Notes: generated from the sequence alone by a model not told the origin. A DNA stretch of 64,000 bases from Lutibacter sp. (GCA_030683995.1 JAUXPH010000057.1:27876-91875); one strand, 5' to 3'; numbered from the stretch's first letter, positions 1-8,753 are shown. A program made the numbers and translations.

Positions 1-20
1 CGTTCCAATTAAAAATGTAA

Positions 21-602
21 TTAAATTTTTGCCAATTCCACTTTTGCGGTAATGGTCACTTCTTCACCAATCATAAGGCTTCCGGCTTCCAAAACTGAGT
101 TGTATTTTAAGCCGAAATCTGTTCTGTTGATCACGCCCGTAACTTTCAATCCGGCTTTTGTGTTTCCCCAAGGATCTTTGGTAGTGCCACCGTAAGTCAT
201 CATCAATGCAATATCTTTGGTAACGCCGTGCAAGGTTAATTTTCCTTTTAAATTGTACTTTCCGGTTCCTGTTTTTGTAACAGAACTGCTTACGAATGTC
301 ATTTTTGGAAACTTTTCAGTTTCAAAAAAGTCGGCGCTCCTTAAATGCTCATCTCTTTTTGCATTGTCGGTATTCACGCTGTTTACATCAACAGTGAAGT
401 TAATTTTTGCGTTAGAAAAATCATCTTTTGTGGCGATTACAGATCCTTCATACTTAGAAAAGATGCCTTCAACTTCAGAAATTACCATATGGTCAACGGC
501 AAAACGGATAGAGGAATGTGACGGATCAATTTTCCACGTAGTTTGTGCTTGCACCAAGGCAACACTTAATAAGGCAATTACGATACTTAATTTTTTCATC
601 AT
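21..602 (-). CDS. YceI family (polyisoprenoid-binding) secreted protein
   Basis: Signal peptide followed by WKIDPSHSSIRFAVDHMVIS, RDEHLRSADFF and GKLTLHGVTK motifs typical of YceI. Confidence 0.92.
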   Translation of the reverse strand: MMKKLSIVIALLSVALVQAQTTWKIDPSHSSIRFAVDHMVISEVEGIFSKYEGSVIATKDDFSNAKINFTVDVNSVNTDNAKRDEHLRSADFFETEKFPKMTFVSSSVTKTGTGKYNLKGKLTLHGVTKDIALMMTYGGTTKDPWGNTKAGLKVTGVINRTDFGLKYNSVLEAGSLMIGEEVTITAKVELAKI

Positions 603-636
603 TTAGATTTTTTAATATTGTTAATAAATTAGACTG

Positions 637-644
637 CAAATATA
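637..644 (-). promoter_or_regulatory. Bacteroidota sigma70 -7 element for yceI
   Basis: TATATTTG on the minus strand matches TAnnTTTG, about 35 bp upstream of the start codon. Confidence 0.55.
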
Positions 645-654
645 TGTTAAAACA

Positions 655-674
655 ATGTATGTTGCAACATATAA
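655..674. promoter_or_regulatory. Palindromic operator in the yceI/idi divergent promoter region
   Basis: Perfect 14-bp palindrome TATGTTGCAACATA (658-671), extendable to 20 bp with one mismatch. Confidence 0.55.
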
Positions 675-774
675 TATGAATTATTTTAAATAAATTCAAT
701 ATAAATAATTTATATTGTTGAATATCATATAATTATATTTATAAAATTAAATTTTATTTACCGCCTAAAAAGCG

Positions 775-782
775 TAAATTTG
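775..782 (+). promoter_or_regulatory. sigma70 -7 element for idi
   Basis: TAAATTTG 18 bp upstream of the ATG. Confidence 0.55.
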
Positions 783-799
783 CGGTACATAAATGAAGG

Positions 800-1318
800 A
801 TGCAAGAAGAGCAAGTCATATTGGTAAACGAGAAAGATGAAAAAATTGGGTTAATGCCAAAAATGGAGGCGCATAAAAAAGCGATGCTCCACAGGGCGTT
901 TTCGGTATTTATATTCAACGCTAAAAACCAATTGTTGTTGCAGCAACGCGCTGCGCATAAGTACCATTCGCCTTTATTGTGGACAAATACCTGTTGCAGC
1001 CACCAGCGTGACGGGGAAGGGAATACAGAAGCCGGCAAACGGCGTTTGGAAGAAGAGATGGGCTTTGTCTGCGAGTTAAAAGAAGTGACCTGGTTTATCT
1101 ATAAAGCGCCTTTCGAAAATGGGCTGACAGAACACGAATTGGACCATATTCTGATTGGTTATTATAATGATGATCCAATTTTGAATAGGGAAGAGGTTGA
1201 AAGTTTTAAATGGATGACCATAGAAGAGGTAAAACTTGATATGGAAAAAAATTCAGAAATTTATACCGAATGGTTTAAAATCATTTTCGACAAATATTAC
1301 AGTTTTATAAGTCATTAA
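800..1318 (+). CDS. idi: Isopentenyl-diphosphate delta-isomerase, type 1
   Basis: LHRAFSVFIFN, WTNTCCSH and EHELDHIL motifs. Confidence 0.96.
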   Translation: MQEEQVILVNEKDEKIGLMPKMEAHKKAMLHRAFSVFIFNAKNQLLLQQRAAHKYHSPLLWTNTCCSHQRDGEGNTEAGKRRLEEEMGFVCELKEVTWFIYKAPFENGLTEHELDHILIGYYNDDPILNREEVESFKWMTIEEVKLDMEKNSEIYTEWFKIIFDKYYSFISH

Positions 1319-1413
1319 AAACCACCGATGAAATGAGCCATAACAAATTTTGGTACACACAGAAATGATTAATGGCGAACTGCATCTGTACCAAAAAAAT
1401 AAATAATAAACAG

Positions 1414-1824
1414 ATGAAAGTAACCGTAAACAGAAAAGCCCATTTTAACGCAGCACACCGTTTGTACAATGCAGATTGGACAGATGCGCGAAATGCCACC
1501 GTGTTTGGGAAATGCGCTAACCCACATTATCACGGACATAATTACGAGCTCATTGTTTCGGTGAAAGGAGAAATTCATCCAGAAACCGGTTTTGTGATGG
1601 ATATGAAAATTCTGAAAACTTTGATCGAGACAGAAATTGAAGAACAATTCGACCATAAAAATTTAAATGAAGAAGTTCCGGAATTCAAAACACTGAATCC
1701 AACCGCCGAAAATATTGCGGTGGTAATATGGAACAAACTGCATCAAAAAATTGATAAAAACCTGCAACTTTCCATAACATTGTATGAAACCCCGAGAAAT
1801 TTTGTCACTTATTCAGGAGAATGA
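1414..1824 (+). CDS. queD: 6-carboxytetrahydropterin / 6-pyruvoyltetrahydropterin synthase
   Basis: HFNAAHRL, KCANPHYHGHNY, DHKNLN, PTAENIA and LYETPRN motifs; start moved to the ATG at 1414. Confidence 0.92.
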   Translation: MKVTVNRKAHFNAAHRLYNADWTDARNATVFGKCANPHYHGHNYELIVSVKGEIHPETGFVMDMKILKTLIETEIEEQFDHKNLNEEVPEFKTLNPTAENIAVVIWNKLHQKIDKNLQLSITLYETPRNFVTYSGE

Positions 1825-1826
1825 AA

Positions 1827-1895
1827 AAAAGTTAAAAGTTATATGTTATACGTTATTGGTTGATTTTAACATATAACATATAACAAATAACACGA
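1827..1895. repeat. Inverted heptamer repeat array between convergent genes
   Basis: AAAAGTT AAAAGTT ATATGTT ATACGTT ATTGGTT facing AACATAT AACATAT AACAAAT AACACGA. Confidence 0.7.
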
Positions 1896-1896
1896 T

Positions 1897-2106
1897 CTAT
1901 TTAGCCTCTTTTTTACAGGTATTGATATCGAAAATTACGTAAAGCGGACAAAAACTGAACAAGCTTGTCACTAAGAAAATGAGCGAGAAAGCCAAAAGCA
2001 CTAAGGCAAGTGTGCCTTCAATTTTACCCAAATAATACAAAACGGCAATTACAACAGCGATTAAAACGCGTATCAATTTGTCGGCTGAACCCATGTTTTT
2101 TTTCAT
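1897..2106 (-). CDS. DUF2892 (YgaP-like) small membrane protein
   Basis: KNMGSADKLIRV start, two TM helices, C-terminal FCPLY motif. Confidence 0.9.
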   Translation of the reverse strand: MKKNMGSADKLIRVLIAVVIAVLYYLGKIEGTLALVLLAFSLIFLVTSLFSFCPLYVIFDINTCKKEAK

Positions 2107-2151
2107 TATTTCTCTTTTTTAAAATTAATAATGAATAAAGATAACATAAAT

Positions 2152-2766
2152 TTAGGAATCCTTTTTATTTTTATTCAGCTCATCCTGAAGCCTTCTCATT
2201 GCTTTTTGTTCTCTTTCCAACGCTTTTTCTTTGTAAATGGCAAATTCTTCTTCTGCCTGTTTTAAAGAAACTTTACAATGTGTGGTGATGCTGTTGCTTT
2301 GTTTAAATTTGGTGATAAAAAATAGGAGTGCGCCTAGTAAACCTAAAACAATTAGAAAAAACAAAGTCTTAAATGCAGATTTGTCTAATTGCATCCCAAA
2401 TAGTGATATACTTTCTTTTTCGGCGATTAAGCTGCCAATCGTGGTTTCTGCTTCAGACAGTTTGGTATTTAAACTGTCGATTATCATTTTTTGTGAATTC
2501 ATTGTGCCTGAATTGTCAAAAATCCTCTTTTTTGAGGCTGAAAGTGTATCGAGAACATTCGATTTTAACTTCAGCAGCCAAGCCGTTCGCACAACTTTAT
2601 AATCCTGTAAACTATTTGATTCGTTTATAAGATATTCAAACTGACTTTTTACAGAAACAGTATCTTTTAATTTATTGGCGGTCTGGCCATAAATGTTTGA
2701 AGTTATAAATAATACGGTCATCACCGTGAATGCTATTTTGTTCATATTAAAATTCTTTGATTGCAT
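2152..2766 (-). CDS. Conserved membrane protein with coiled coils, function unknown
   Basis: N-terminal signal/TM segment, periplasmic coiled coil, second TM segment and C-terminal coiled coil (REQKAMRRLQDELNK). Confidence 0.75.
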   Translation of the reverse strand: MQSKNFNMNKIAFTVMTVLFITSNIYGQTANKLKDTVSVKSQFEYLINESNSLQDYKVVRTAWLLKLKSNVLDTLSASKKRIFDNSGTMNSQKMIIDSLNTKLSEAETTIGSLIAEKESISLFGMQLDKSAFKTLFFLIVLGLLGALLFFITKFKQSNSITTHCKVSLKQAEEEFAIYKEKALEREQKAMRRLQDELNKNKKDS

Positions 2767-2780
2767 AACGAACTTAAAAA

Positions 2781-3788
2781 CTAGTTATTGTTATTATAGT
2801 AGACTTCCAGTTCATTTAAATAGGCTTGTTTTTTATTTTCTTCTAATAATGAATATTGAAAAGAATTTTTAGCCAGCTGGTAAAGATCAAATTTAGAAAG
2901 ATTTAAAGCCTCTTGAATGGCTTCATAATTTTTATTTATTTGTCCGCCAAAATAAGCCGGATCGTCAGAATTTACGGTAACCTTCAATCCCAAATCCATC
3001 ATTTTTTTTAACGGATGATTTTTTAAATCGTCCACCACCTGAAGCGCTGTATTTGAAAGCGGGCAAACCGTTAAGGCCATATCTCGGCTGATGATTTCCT
3101 GCACCAAAATTTCATCCTGCAATGAATTGTTGCCGTGGTCAATGCGTTTGATGCCCAAAATATCGATGGCTTCCCAAACATAAGCCGAAGAACCTTCTTC
3201 ACCGGCGTGTGCCAAAGGGATATAGCCTTCTTTTACGGAAGCTTCAAAGACCTTTTTGAATTTGGAAGGCGGATTTCCTTTTTCTGAAGAATCCAATCCA
3301 ACCGCAATAATTTTATCCTTAAAAGGAAGCGATTGTTTCAAGGTTTTAAAAGCAGCTTCTTCACTTAAATGGCGCAAATAACTCATTATTAATAACGAAG
3401 AAACACCCAAATTCTTTTTGGCATCAGCACAGGCTTTTGATATGCCTCTGATGACCGTTTCAAAGGCAATGCCACGATCGGTATGCGTTTGCGGATCGAA
3501 CATAATTTCTGTATGTCTTACATTTTGATCCGCACATTTTTGCAGATAGCTATAGGTTAAATCATAAAAATCCTGTTCGGTAACCAAAACGCCGGCGCCC
3601 TGATAATAAATATTTAAAAAATCCTGCAGGCAATTGAATTGATAGGCATCTTCAATCTCTTTTACTGAAGTATATGGAATCCTGATGTTGTTTCTTTGGG
3701 CTATTTTAAACATCAGTTCAGGCTCAAAAGAACCTTCAATGTGCAAATGCAATTCAGCCTTGGGCAATTTTGCTATAAATGTTTTCAT
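2781..3788 (-). CDS. add: Adenosine/adenine deaminase
   Basis: LPKAELHLHIEGS, AHAGEEG, RIDHG, CPLSN and NSDDPAYF amidohydrolase motifs. Confidence 0.94.
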   Translation of the reverse strand: MKTFIAKLPKAELHLHIEGSFEPELMFKIAQRNNIRIPYTSVKEIEDAYQFNCLQDFLNIYYQGAGVLVTEQDFYDLTYSYLQKCADQNVRHTEIMFDPQTHTDRGIAFETVIRGISKACADAKKNLGVSSLLIMSYLRHLSEEAAFKTLKQSLPFKDKIIAVGLDSSEKGNPPSKFKKVFEASVKEGYIPLAHAGEEGSSAYVWEAIDILGIKRIDHGNNSLQDEILVQEIISRDMALTVCPLSNTALQVVDDLKNHPLKKMMDLGLKVTVNSDDPAYFGGQINKNYEAIQEALNLSKFDLYQLAKNSFQYSLLEENKKQAYLNELEVYYNNNN

Positions 3789-3928
3789 CCTGCAAATTTA
3801 CATAAATCAATATTTTTTTTGGATTTTTGTTTGAAAATTTATGATGAAATTTATTTGGCCTATTTTTCATTAAAACAGGAATGAAATACCAATAATTTTA
3901 TTGGATTTGATCTGATTAAGATGGCATC

Positions 3929-3967
3929 AAAAAAAGCAATAAGGCGGCATAAAAGCGACCTTATTGC
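3929..3967 (-). terminator. Probable intrinsic terminator after the 3979-4344 gene
   Basis: GCAATAAGG...CCTTATTGC stem followed by a U-tract on the minus strand. Confidence 0.55.
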
Positions 3968-3978
3968 GCTATAAAATA

Positions 3979-4344
3979 TTAAGAAGCATTTGAAATTGAT
4001 GTAATTAAATTGAATTTAAATACGGCATTGCAGATTGGATTTTCTTCTAAATGATTGTGATTTATAACGGAGATTAATAGTTGTAATTCCGAATTATTGA
4101 ATTTAATAATTTTAGATTTAATCAGCAATTGGTCGTTTAAGGAGGCGTTTTTAAAAAGTTGCAATTTATATAAGCGAGGAATAGGATAGGTAAAATAAAA
4201 GTTATCAGAAATGATATTTGAAACAAAATTTTCTATTTCATTGTACAAGATATTCAGGTGTAATTCATTTTTTGTGTTGATGTCTTTTTTAGTTACGGTA
4301 AAATGTTTTTCCGGACTTTTATAAGTATTTTCTATTGTTTTCAT
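3979..4344 (-). CDS. Hypothetical protein, possibly hotdog-fold (thioesterase-like)
   Basis: 121-aa ORF; the F-x-V-x(3)-D-x-N motif, a central helix and then beta-strand periodicity resemble the hotdog fold (weak). Confidence 0.55.
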   Translation of the reverse strand: MKTIENTYKSPEKHFTVTKKDINTKNELHLNILYNEIENFVSNIISDNFYFTYPIPRLYKLQLFKNASLNDQLLIKSKIIKFNNSELQLLISVINHNHLEENPICNAVFKFNLITSISNAS

Positions 4345-4354
4345 ATTAATTCAG

Positions 4355-4468
4355 TTAAGGATTTTTAAATGGCAAACTGGGTTTGTGTATTTTGTTGACG
4401 GGTAAATTGCGCTGGCATTGCACCATAATTTCTTTAAAAATCTGCTGTAAAATGTTTAATTTTTTCAT
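4355..4468 (-). CDS. Small ORF (37 aa) MKKLNILQQIFKEIMVQCQRNLPVNKIHKPSLPFKNP
   Basis: Translated by hand; lies between the terminator hairpin and the hotdog-like gene, with a 10-bp gap to the next ATG. Confidence 0.45.
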   Translation of the reverse strand: MKKLNILQQIFKEIMVQCQRNLPVNKIHKPSLPFKNP

Positions 4469-4500
4469 AATGATTGTTTTTAATTAATAATTAGTTCATA

Positions 4501-4533
4501 AAAAAAGGTGCTTTTCGAAAAAAGCACCTTTTA
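4501..4533 (-). terminator. Intrinsic terminator, putative attenuator
   Basis: Minus strand reads AAAAGGTGCTTTT-TTCG-AAAAGCACCTTTT followed by a U run. Confidence 0.8.
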
Positions 4534-4561
4534 AAATTTGGTTTTATAATTTTAAATATCT

Positions 4562-4714
4562 TCAATAATAATTGAAAGTGCTTTTTTGTGTCCATACTTG
4601 TTGCTGTTGCACAAGATTGCAAATCGCATAACTATTTAATGCAACTGAAAACAAGGACTTCACATCCTTTAGAGTTTCCATCATAATAGTTTGTATGTTC
4701 AAAATTTCTTTCAT
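4562..4714 (-). CDS. Putative leader peptide (50 aa) MKEILNIQTIMMETLKDVKSLFSVALNSYAICNLVQQQQVWTQKSTFNYY
   Basis: Translated by hand; follows a TAATTTTG -7 element (4723-4730, minus strand) and precedes a terminator; its 3' end is complementary to the terminator 5' arm. Confidence 0.55.
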   Translation of the reverse strand: MKEILNIQTIMMETLKDVKSLFSVALNSYAICNLVQQQQVWTQKSTFNYY

Positions 4715-4828
4715 AATTGAATCAAAATTAAAAATTTATTTCAATAAACGAACATTATTTGAATAAAATATTAAATAATTACGCATTTTCTTGTAAATTT
4801 GCAGTCAAAATAAACCAATAGAAATTTT

Positions 4829-5095
4829 ATGGCAAGTATTAAAAATTTAAAAAAGGATATTAATTACGTTCTGGGAGATATTATTGAAGCGTGTTATACA
4901 TGGGAATTGTACAATCCTAAAGCCGGTTCAGCAGGGACAGAAGCAATTATAGATGAAGCAATTGAATCATTTGATGTTTTAATTGAGAAAGTGAATGTTA
5001 AAAAAGTTGAAGACAAAAAAGCTTATTTTAAGGCTATTAATTTAGAATTGGAAAAAACAGCCCACGATTTAATTGAAAAAGTTAATAAACTTTAA
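4829..5095 (+). CDS. Conserved hypothetical helical protein
   Basis: 88-aa ORF with a TAAATTTG -7 element at 4794-4801. Confidence 0.8.
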   Translation: MASIKNLKKDINYVLGDIIEACYTWELYNPKAGSAGTEAIIDEAIESFDVLIEKVNVKKVEDKKAYFKAINLELEKTAHDLIEKVNKL

Positions 5096-5214
5096 TTTTT
5101 ATTTAACATTTTTTAGGGGTGTTTTTTGTTAATAATGAAATTTATTGCGTAAATTCACACAATAATTAACGGAATACAACGTTCTTTAATCACCAACTAA
5201 AAACCTATTAACTT

Positions 5215-5427
5215 ATGGCAAGAGCAATGTTTGAGTACACTAAAACCATACTCGAAAAAGTCAGCTTTAATAAAGAGTTATTTAAAAAAGAATTGGAAAA
5301 AGCAGTAAACAGATTATTACCCTATGAAATAAAAGAATTATACTATTGGCTAAAGGAGTTCACAGTAAATAAACCGGAACTTCAATTGTGTTTAGTCGTA
5401 GTGGAAAATAAAAAAAGGAGCTTTTAG
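5215..5427 (+). CDS. Conserved small hypothetical protein
   Basis: 70-aa ORF (YTKTILEKVSFNKELFKKELEKA), a type of small protein I recognise from Bacteroidota. Confidence 0.75.
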   Translation: MARAMFEYTKTILEKVSFNKELFKKELEKAVNRLLPYEIKELYYWLKEFTVNKPELQLCLVVVENKKRSF

Positions 5428-5440
5428 GCTCCTTTTTTTT
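5411..5440. terminator. Bidirectional intrinsic terminator
   Basis: AAAAAAGGAGC-loop-GCTCCTTTTTTTT between convergent genes. Confidence 0.8.
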
Positions 5441-6371
5441 GTGCCAAAGGGCTAATTATTTGAACATCGTTAAAGGCGATAACGCCTCTTATTACACTAT
5501 CAATCACGTTTTTTAGCGTTTCAATTAACTGTATTTTTAATTGGGACTTGTGATAAATTAAACTTATTTCCCTGGCCGGAACCGGCGCATTAAACGGACG
5601 TAAATACTTTGTGTCTTTGTCGCCCAAGTCCAATGTTTGTAAATAGGGCAGCAAGGTCATACCCAAATCTTCTTTGGCCAATTTAATTAAAGTGTCAAAA
5701 CTGCCGCTTTGGATTTGAAAATGCTGATTTTTATAACCAATGGCACTGCATAAATTGATGATGTTTTCTTTAAAGCAATGACCGTCCTCCAATAACAGAA
5801 TATCTTCAATCTGCAATTCTTCCACAGCAATGGATTTGTTATTAAAAAGGCGATGTTCGGAAGGTACAAATCCAACAAAAGGCTCATAATATAAAACGCG
5901 CTCTATAATTTGGTCATTTTCCAGTGGCGTTGCGGCGATTGCCACATCTAAATGGCCGTCGGTCAATTTTCTCACCAGCTCTTCCGTGGTAATTTCTTCA
6001 ATAATGAGATTAACTTTCGGATATTTTTTAATAAATGTTTTCAAAAACAGCGGCAGTAAAGTAGGCATCACGGTGGGAATAATTCCCAATCTGAAATCGC
6101 CGCCTATAAATCCTTTTTGTTGGTCAATAATATCGTTTATCCGGTTGCTTTCATCAACAATAATTTTTGCCTGCTCAATAATCTTTTTGCCCACTTCGGT
6201 AAGCTGGATGGGCTTTTTGTTTCTGTTGAAAATTTGCGTGTCAAATTCCTCTTCAAGTTTCTGAATCTGCATACTCAAAGTGGGCTGGGTAACAAAGCAA
6301 TGTGTGGACGCTATTGTGAAGTTTTTGTGCTCTGCCACTGCCAAAACATACTTTAATTGTGTAATTGTCAT
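5424..6371 (-). CDS. oxyR: LysR-family peroxide-responsive regulator OxyR
   Basis: MTITQLKY HTH, VTQPTLSMQI, and LLEDGHCFK...LC with both redox cysteines; start moved to 6371. Confidence 0.93.
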   Translation of the reverse strand: MTITQLKYVLAVAEHKNFTIASTHCFVTQPTLSMQIQKLEEEFDTQIFNRNKKPIQLTEVGKKIIEQAKIIVDESNRINDIIDQQKGFIGGDFRLGIIPTVMPTLLPLFLKTFIKKYPKVNLIIEEITTEELVRKLTDGHLDVAIAATPLENDQIIERVLYYEPFVGFVPSEHRLFNNKSIAVEELQIEDILLLEDGHCFKENIINLCSAIGYKNQHFQIQSGSFDTLIKLAKEDLGMTLLPYLQTLDLGDKDTKYLRPFNAPVPAREISLIYHKSQLKIQLIETLKNVIDSVIRGVIAFNDVQIISPLAQKKGA

Positions 6372-6564
6372 AACTATCAATATTTGTGATAAAGATATTA
6401 AAACTATCAATAAAGATTATATTTATAAGGTTTTATTTTTTACCACAATTTGAAATAGTTAAGGGAAATAAATATGAACACAGCCAGCATATATTTCAAC
6501 AAAGAAATAGCTTAAATTTATTTAATCAAATAGGTTTAAGGTAATTATTTAAAACCTGCTTTTT

Positions 6565-7377
6565 TTAATACATATCCCAAAAGTTACGTTGTTTGTCAAG
6601 CTCCTCTTCCTGTTTTTTATATTCAGCCACAGAAATAACCTTTAAAAATGAAGGATGTTGCTCGATGCCAAACTCAATTTTTTTAACAATTTCATCAACA
6701 GTATCATTTTCATAATCTATTTCAATAGGTTTTTTTATCACCATAGATTGCAATACATTCCGCTTTTTGATGAGCAGTCCTTTCTTGTCGTACGCTCTTC
6801 TGAAGCCGTCAATTACAATAGGAATCACAATGGGTTTGCACGTTTTTATTATATGTGCGGTTCCGCGCCTGATGGGTTTAAAAGGTTTGGTGGTTCCTTG
6901 CGGAAAGGTGATCACCCATCCGTCGTCCAATGCTTTTTTGATATTGCTGATATCCGACATTTTTACTTGTCGGTTCACATTTTCCCCTGCGCTTCTCCAA
7001 GTTCTGTCTATGGAAACTGATCCTACATAGGCGAATATTTTTGGCAACAAACCCGATTTCATAGTTTCAGCGGCAGCAACATAATAAATATTTAATTTTG
7101 GATTCCATATATAGCCAATGTTTTTTAAAGAATCAACCCTTCCTTTTAACGAAGCGTTAAAAACGTGGTACATTGCGGCAACATCGGCAAAATAGGTTTG
7201 GTGGTTGGAAACAAATAACACATTGGTAGGGGGAAGGTCTCTTATAATTTCGGAACCATCAATTTGAAGTTGGTTGAAACGTCTATACCTTCCGTGAGAA
7301 ACAACTCCAATAATTCTAACCAGCCATCTTTTTAAAAATAAGATATGGCCAAAAGGATTTCTTTTAAAAATTGGCAT
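6565..7377 (-). CDS. Lysophospholipid acyltransferase (PlsC family)
   Basis: NHQTYFAD (HX4D) and FPQGT motifs. Confidence 0.88.
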   Translation of the reverse strand: MPIFKRNPFGHILFLKRWLVRIIGVVSHGRYRRFNQLQIDGSEIIRDLPPTNVLFVSNHQTYFADVAAMYHVFNASLKGRVDSLKNIGYIWNPKLNIYYVAAAETMKSGLLPKIFAYVGSVSIDRTWRSAGENVNRQVKMSDISNIKKALDDGWVITFPQGTTKPFKPIRRGTAHIIKTCKPIVIPIVIDGFRRAYDKKGLLIKKRNVLQSMVIKKPIEIDYENDTVDEIVKKIEFGIEQHPSFLKVISVAEYKKQEEELDKQRNFWDMY

Positions 7378-7424
7378 TTAGGTGGTTTAGTTTTGAATGA
7401 AGAGCAAATTTAATAAAAAATAAA

Positions 7425-8057
7425 TTAAATTTCTTTTAATAACAATTTGATTTCATTTAACATCATTGCAGTTGCGCCCCATACCATAAAATTGCTCAGA
7501 TTAAAACAAGGAACTGGAATATTTTCAGCATAGGATGTGGTTACGACGGCTGTTGAACAAGCGCGGTCATCAAACAAATCTTCCAGCAAAACCGAAATAT
7601 TTTTTGCCACTTCCTCATTTTTTGTCAGGGTAGGCGTATAGTCCAACAATCCTAGAAACGGGGTGACCATAAAATTGCTGGGAGGGATAAAAACATCGGT
7701 CATTTGTTTAAAAATATACACATCATCCTTATATATACCCACTTCTTCGTGAGCTTCTCGCAAAGCGGTATGTTTCAGGGAAACATCAGATCTTTCGAAT
7801 TTTCCGCCTGGAAAACTTATTTGCGATGCGTGTGTTCCGTCATAGTTTGCGCGTAAGGTTAACAAAAAACAAGTTTTTCCTTGGTCATTCGGATAAAACA
7901 AGGCCAACACCGCCGCTTTTTTTGCATTTTTGGATATAAGAAATTCCTGTGTATATTTTTCCCTGAATTTTGGCGCCAATTCAAACTGCGCCTCAAGTCC
8001 GCCTAGAGGTATTTTTTCCAGCTTTGAAACGCTATTTTTAAAATTATTGAAATCCAT
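7425..8057 (-). CDS. Nudix hydrolase, CoA pyrophosphatase type
   Basis: QISFPGGK...TALREAHEEVG Nudix box and VWGATA motif. Confidence 0.92.
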   Translation of the reverse strand: MDFNNFKNSVSKLEKIPLGGLEAQFELAPKFREKYTQEFLISKNAKKAAVLALFYPNDQGKTCFLLTLRANYDGTHASQISFPGGKFERSDVSLKHTALREAHEEVGIYKDDVYIFKQMTDVFIPPSNFMVTPFLGLLDYTPTLTKNEEVAKNISVLLEDLFDDRACSTAVVTTSYAENIPVPCFNLSNFMVWGATAMMLNEIKLLLKEI

Positions 8058-8668
8058 TAATTTTTGGAATAAAAAGTGGGTAAAGTCAACTGATATTTTA
8101 CGGCTACCAGCCTTATGGCAATGACAATTAATGATGTTGACACATAGACAATGCTTTGGCCAATATTAAAATGAACTAAAATAATGAAGGCGACTGACCC
8201 AAAAATACAGGCAGTGGCATAAATTTCTTTTCTGAATAGAATAGGAACTTCATTACATAAAATATCGCGGATTACGCCCCCAAAACAAGCCGTCATTGTT
8301 CCCAACGCTATTGAAATTATTGGGTGAAAATTAGCGTTGATCCCAATTTCTGTTCCCGTAATGGTAAATATACCCAATCCGATAGTGTCGAATAGAAACA
8401 AAGATTTGTGTAAGTATTTCAATTTTTTTCGAAATAAAATAGCGATGAAAACAGAAAAACCAATTAAGAAAATATACGTAATGTCATTCATCCAAATTAC
8501 GGGTTGCCTGCCAATTAAAACATCTCGCAAAGTGCCGCCGCCAACAGCTGTGACAAATGCAATAATAAACACACCAAATGGATCCATTTTTTTATTAATT
8601 GCAACCAATGCGCCTGATATGGCAAATGCTATGGTTCCCAATATATCCAATGCGTAAAATAAGGTCAT
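8057..8668 (-). CDS. Trimeric intracellular cation channel (TRIC/YadS) family membrane protein
   Basis: AFAISGAL, GGGTLRD and GGVIRDILCNEVP repeats; TAATG overlap with the Nudix gene. Confidence 0.92.
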   Translation of the reverse strand: MTLFYALDILGTIAFAISGALVAINKKMDPFGVFIIAFVTAVGGGTLRDVLIGRQPVIWMNDITYIFLIGFSVFIAILFRKKLKYLHKSLFLFDTIGLGIFTITGTEIGINANFHPIISIALGTMTACFGGVIRDILCNEVPILFRKEIYATACIFGSVAFIILVHFNIGQSIVYVSTSLIVIAIRLVAVKYQLTLPTFYSKN

Positions 8669-8753
8669 AAATGATAATTTGTGAAAATGTCAAAAAATAT
8701 TTATTATAATTTAATCATAATCAGGTAGTTAATTTAAATAGAGTGAATTTGCT

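Noticed and set aside
2152-2766. tRNA methyltransferase label sometimes given to similar proteins
   Set aside because: No SAM-binding or SPOUT motif; the architecture is TM plus coiled coil.
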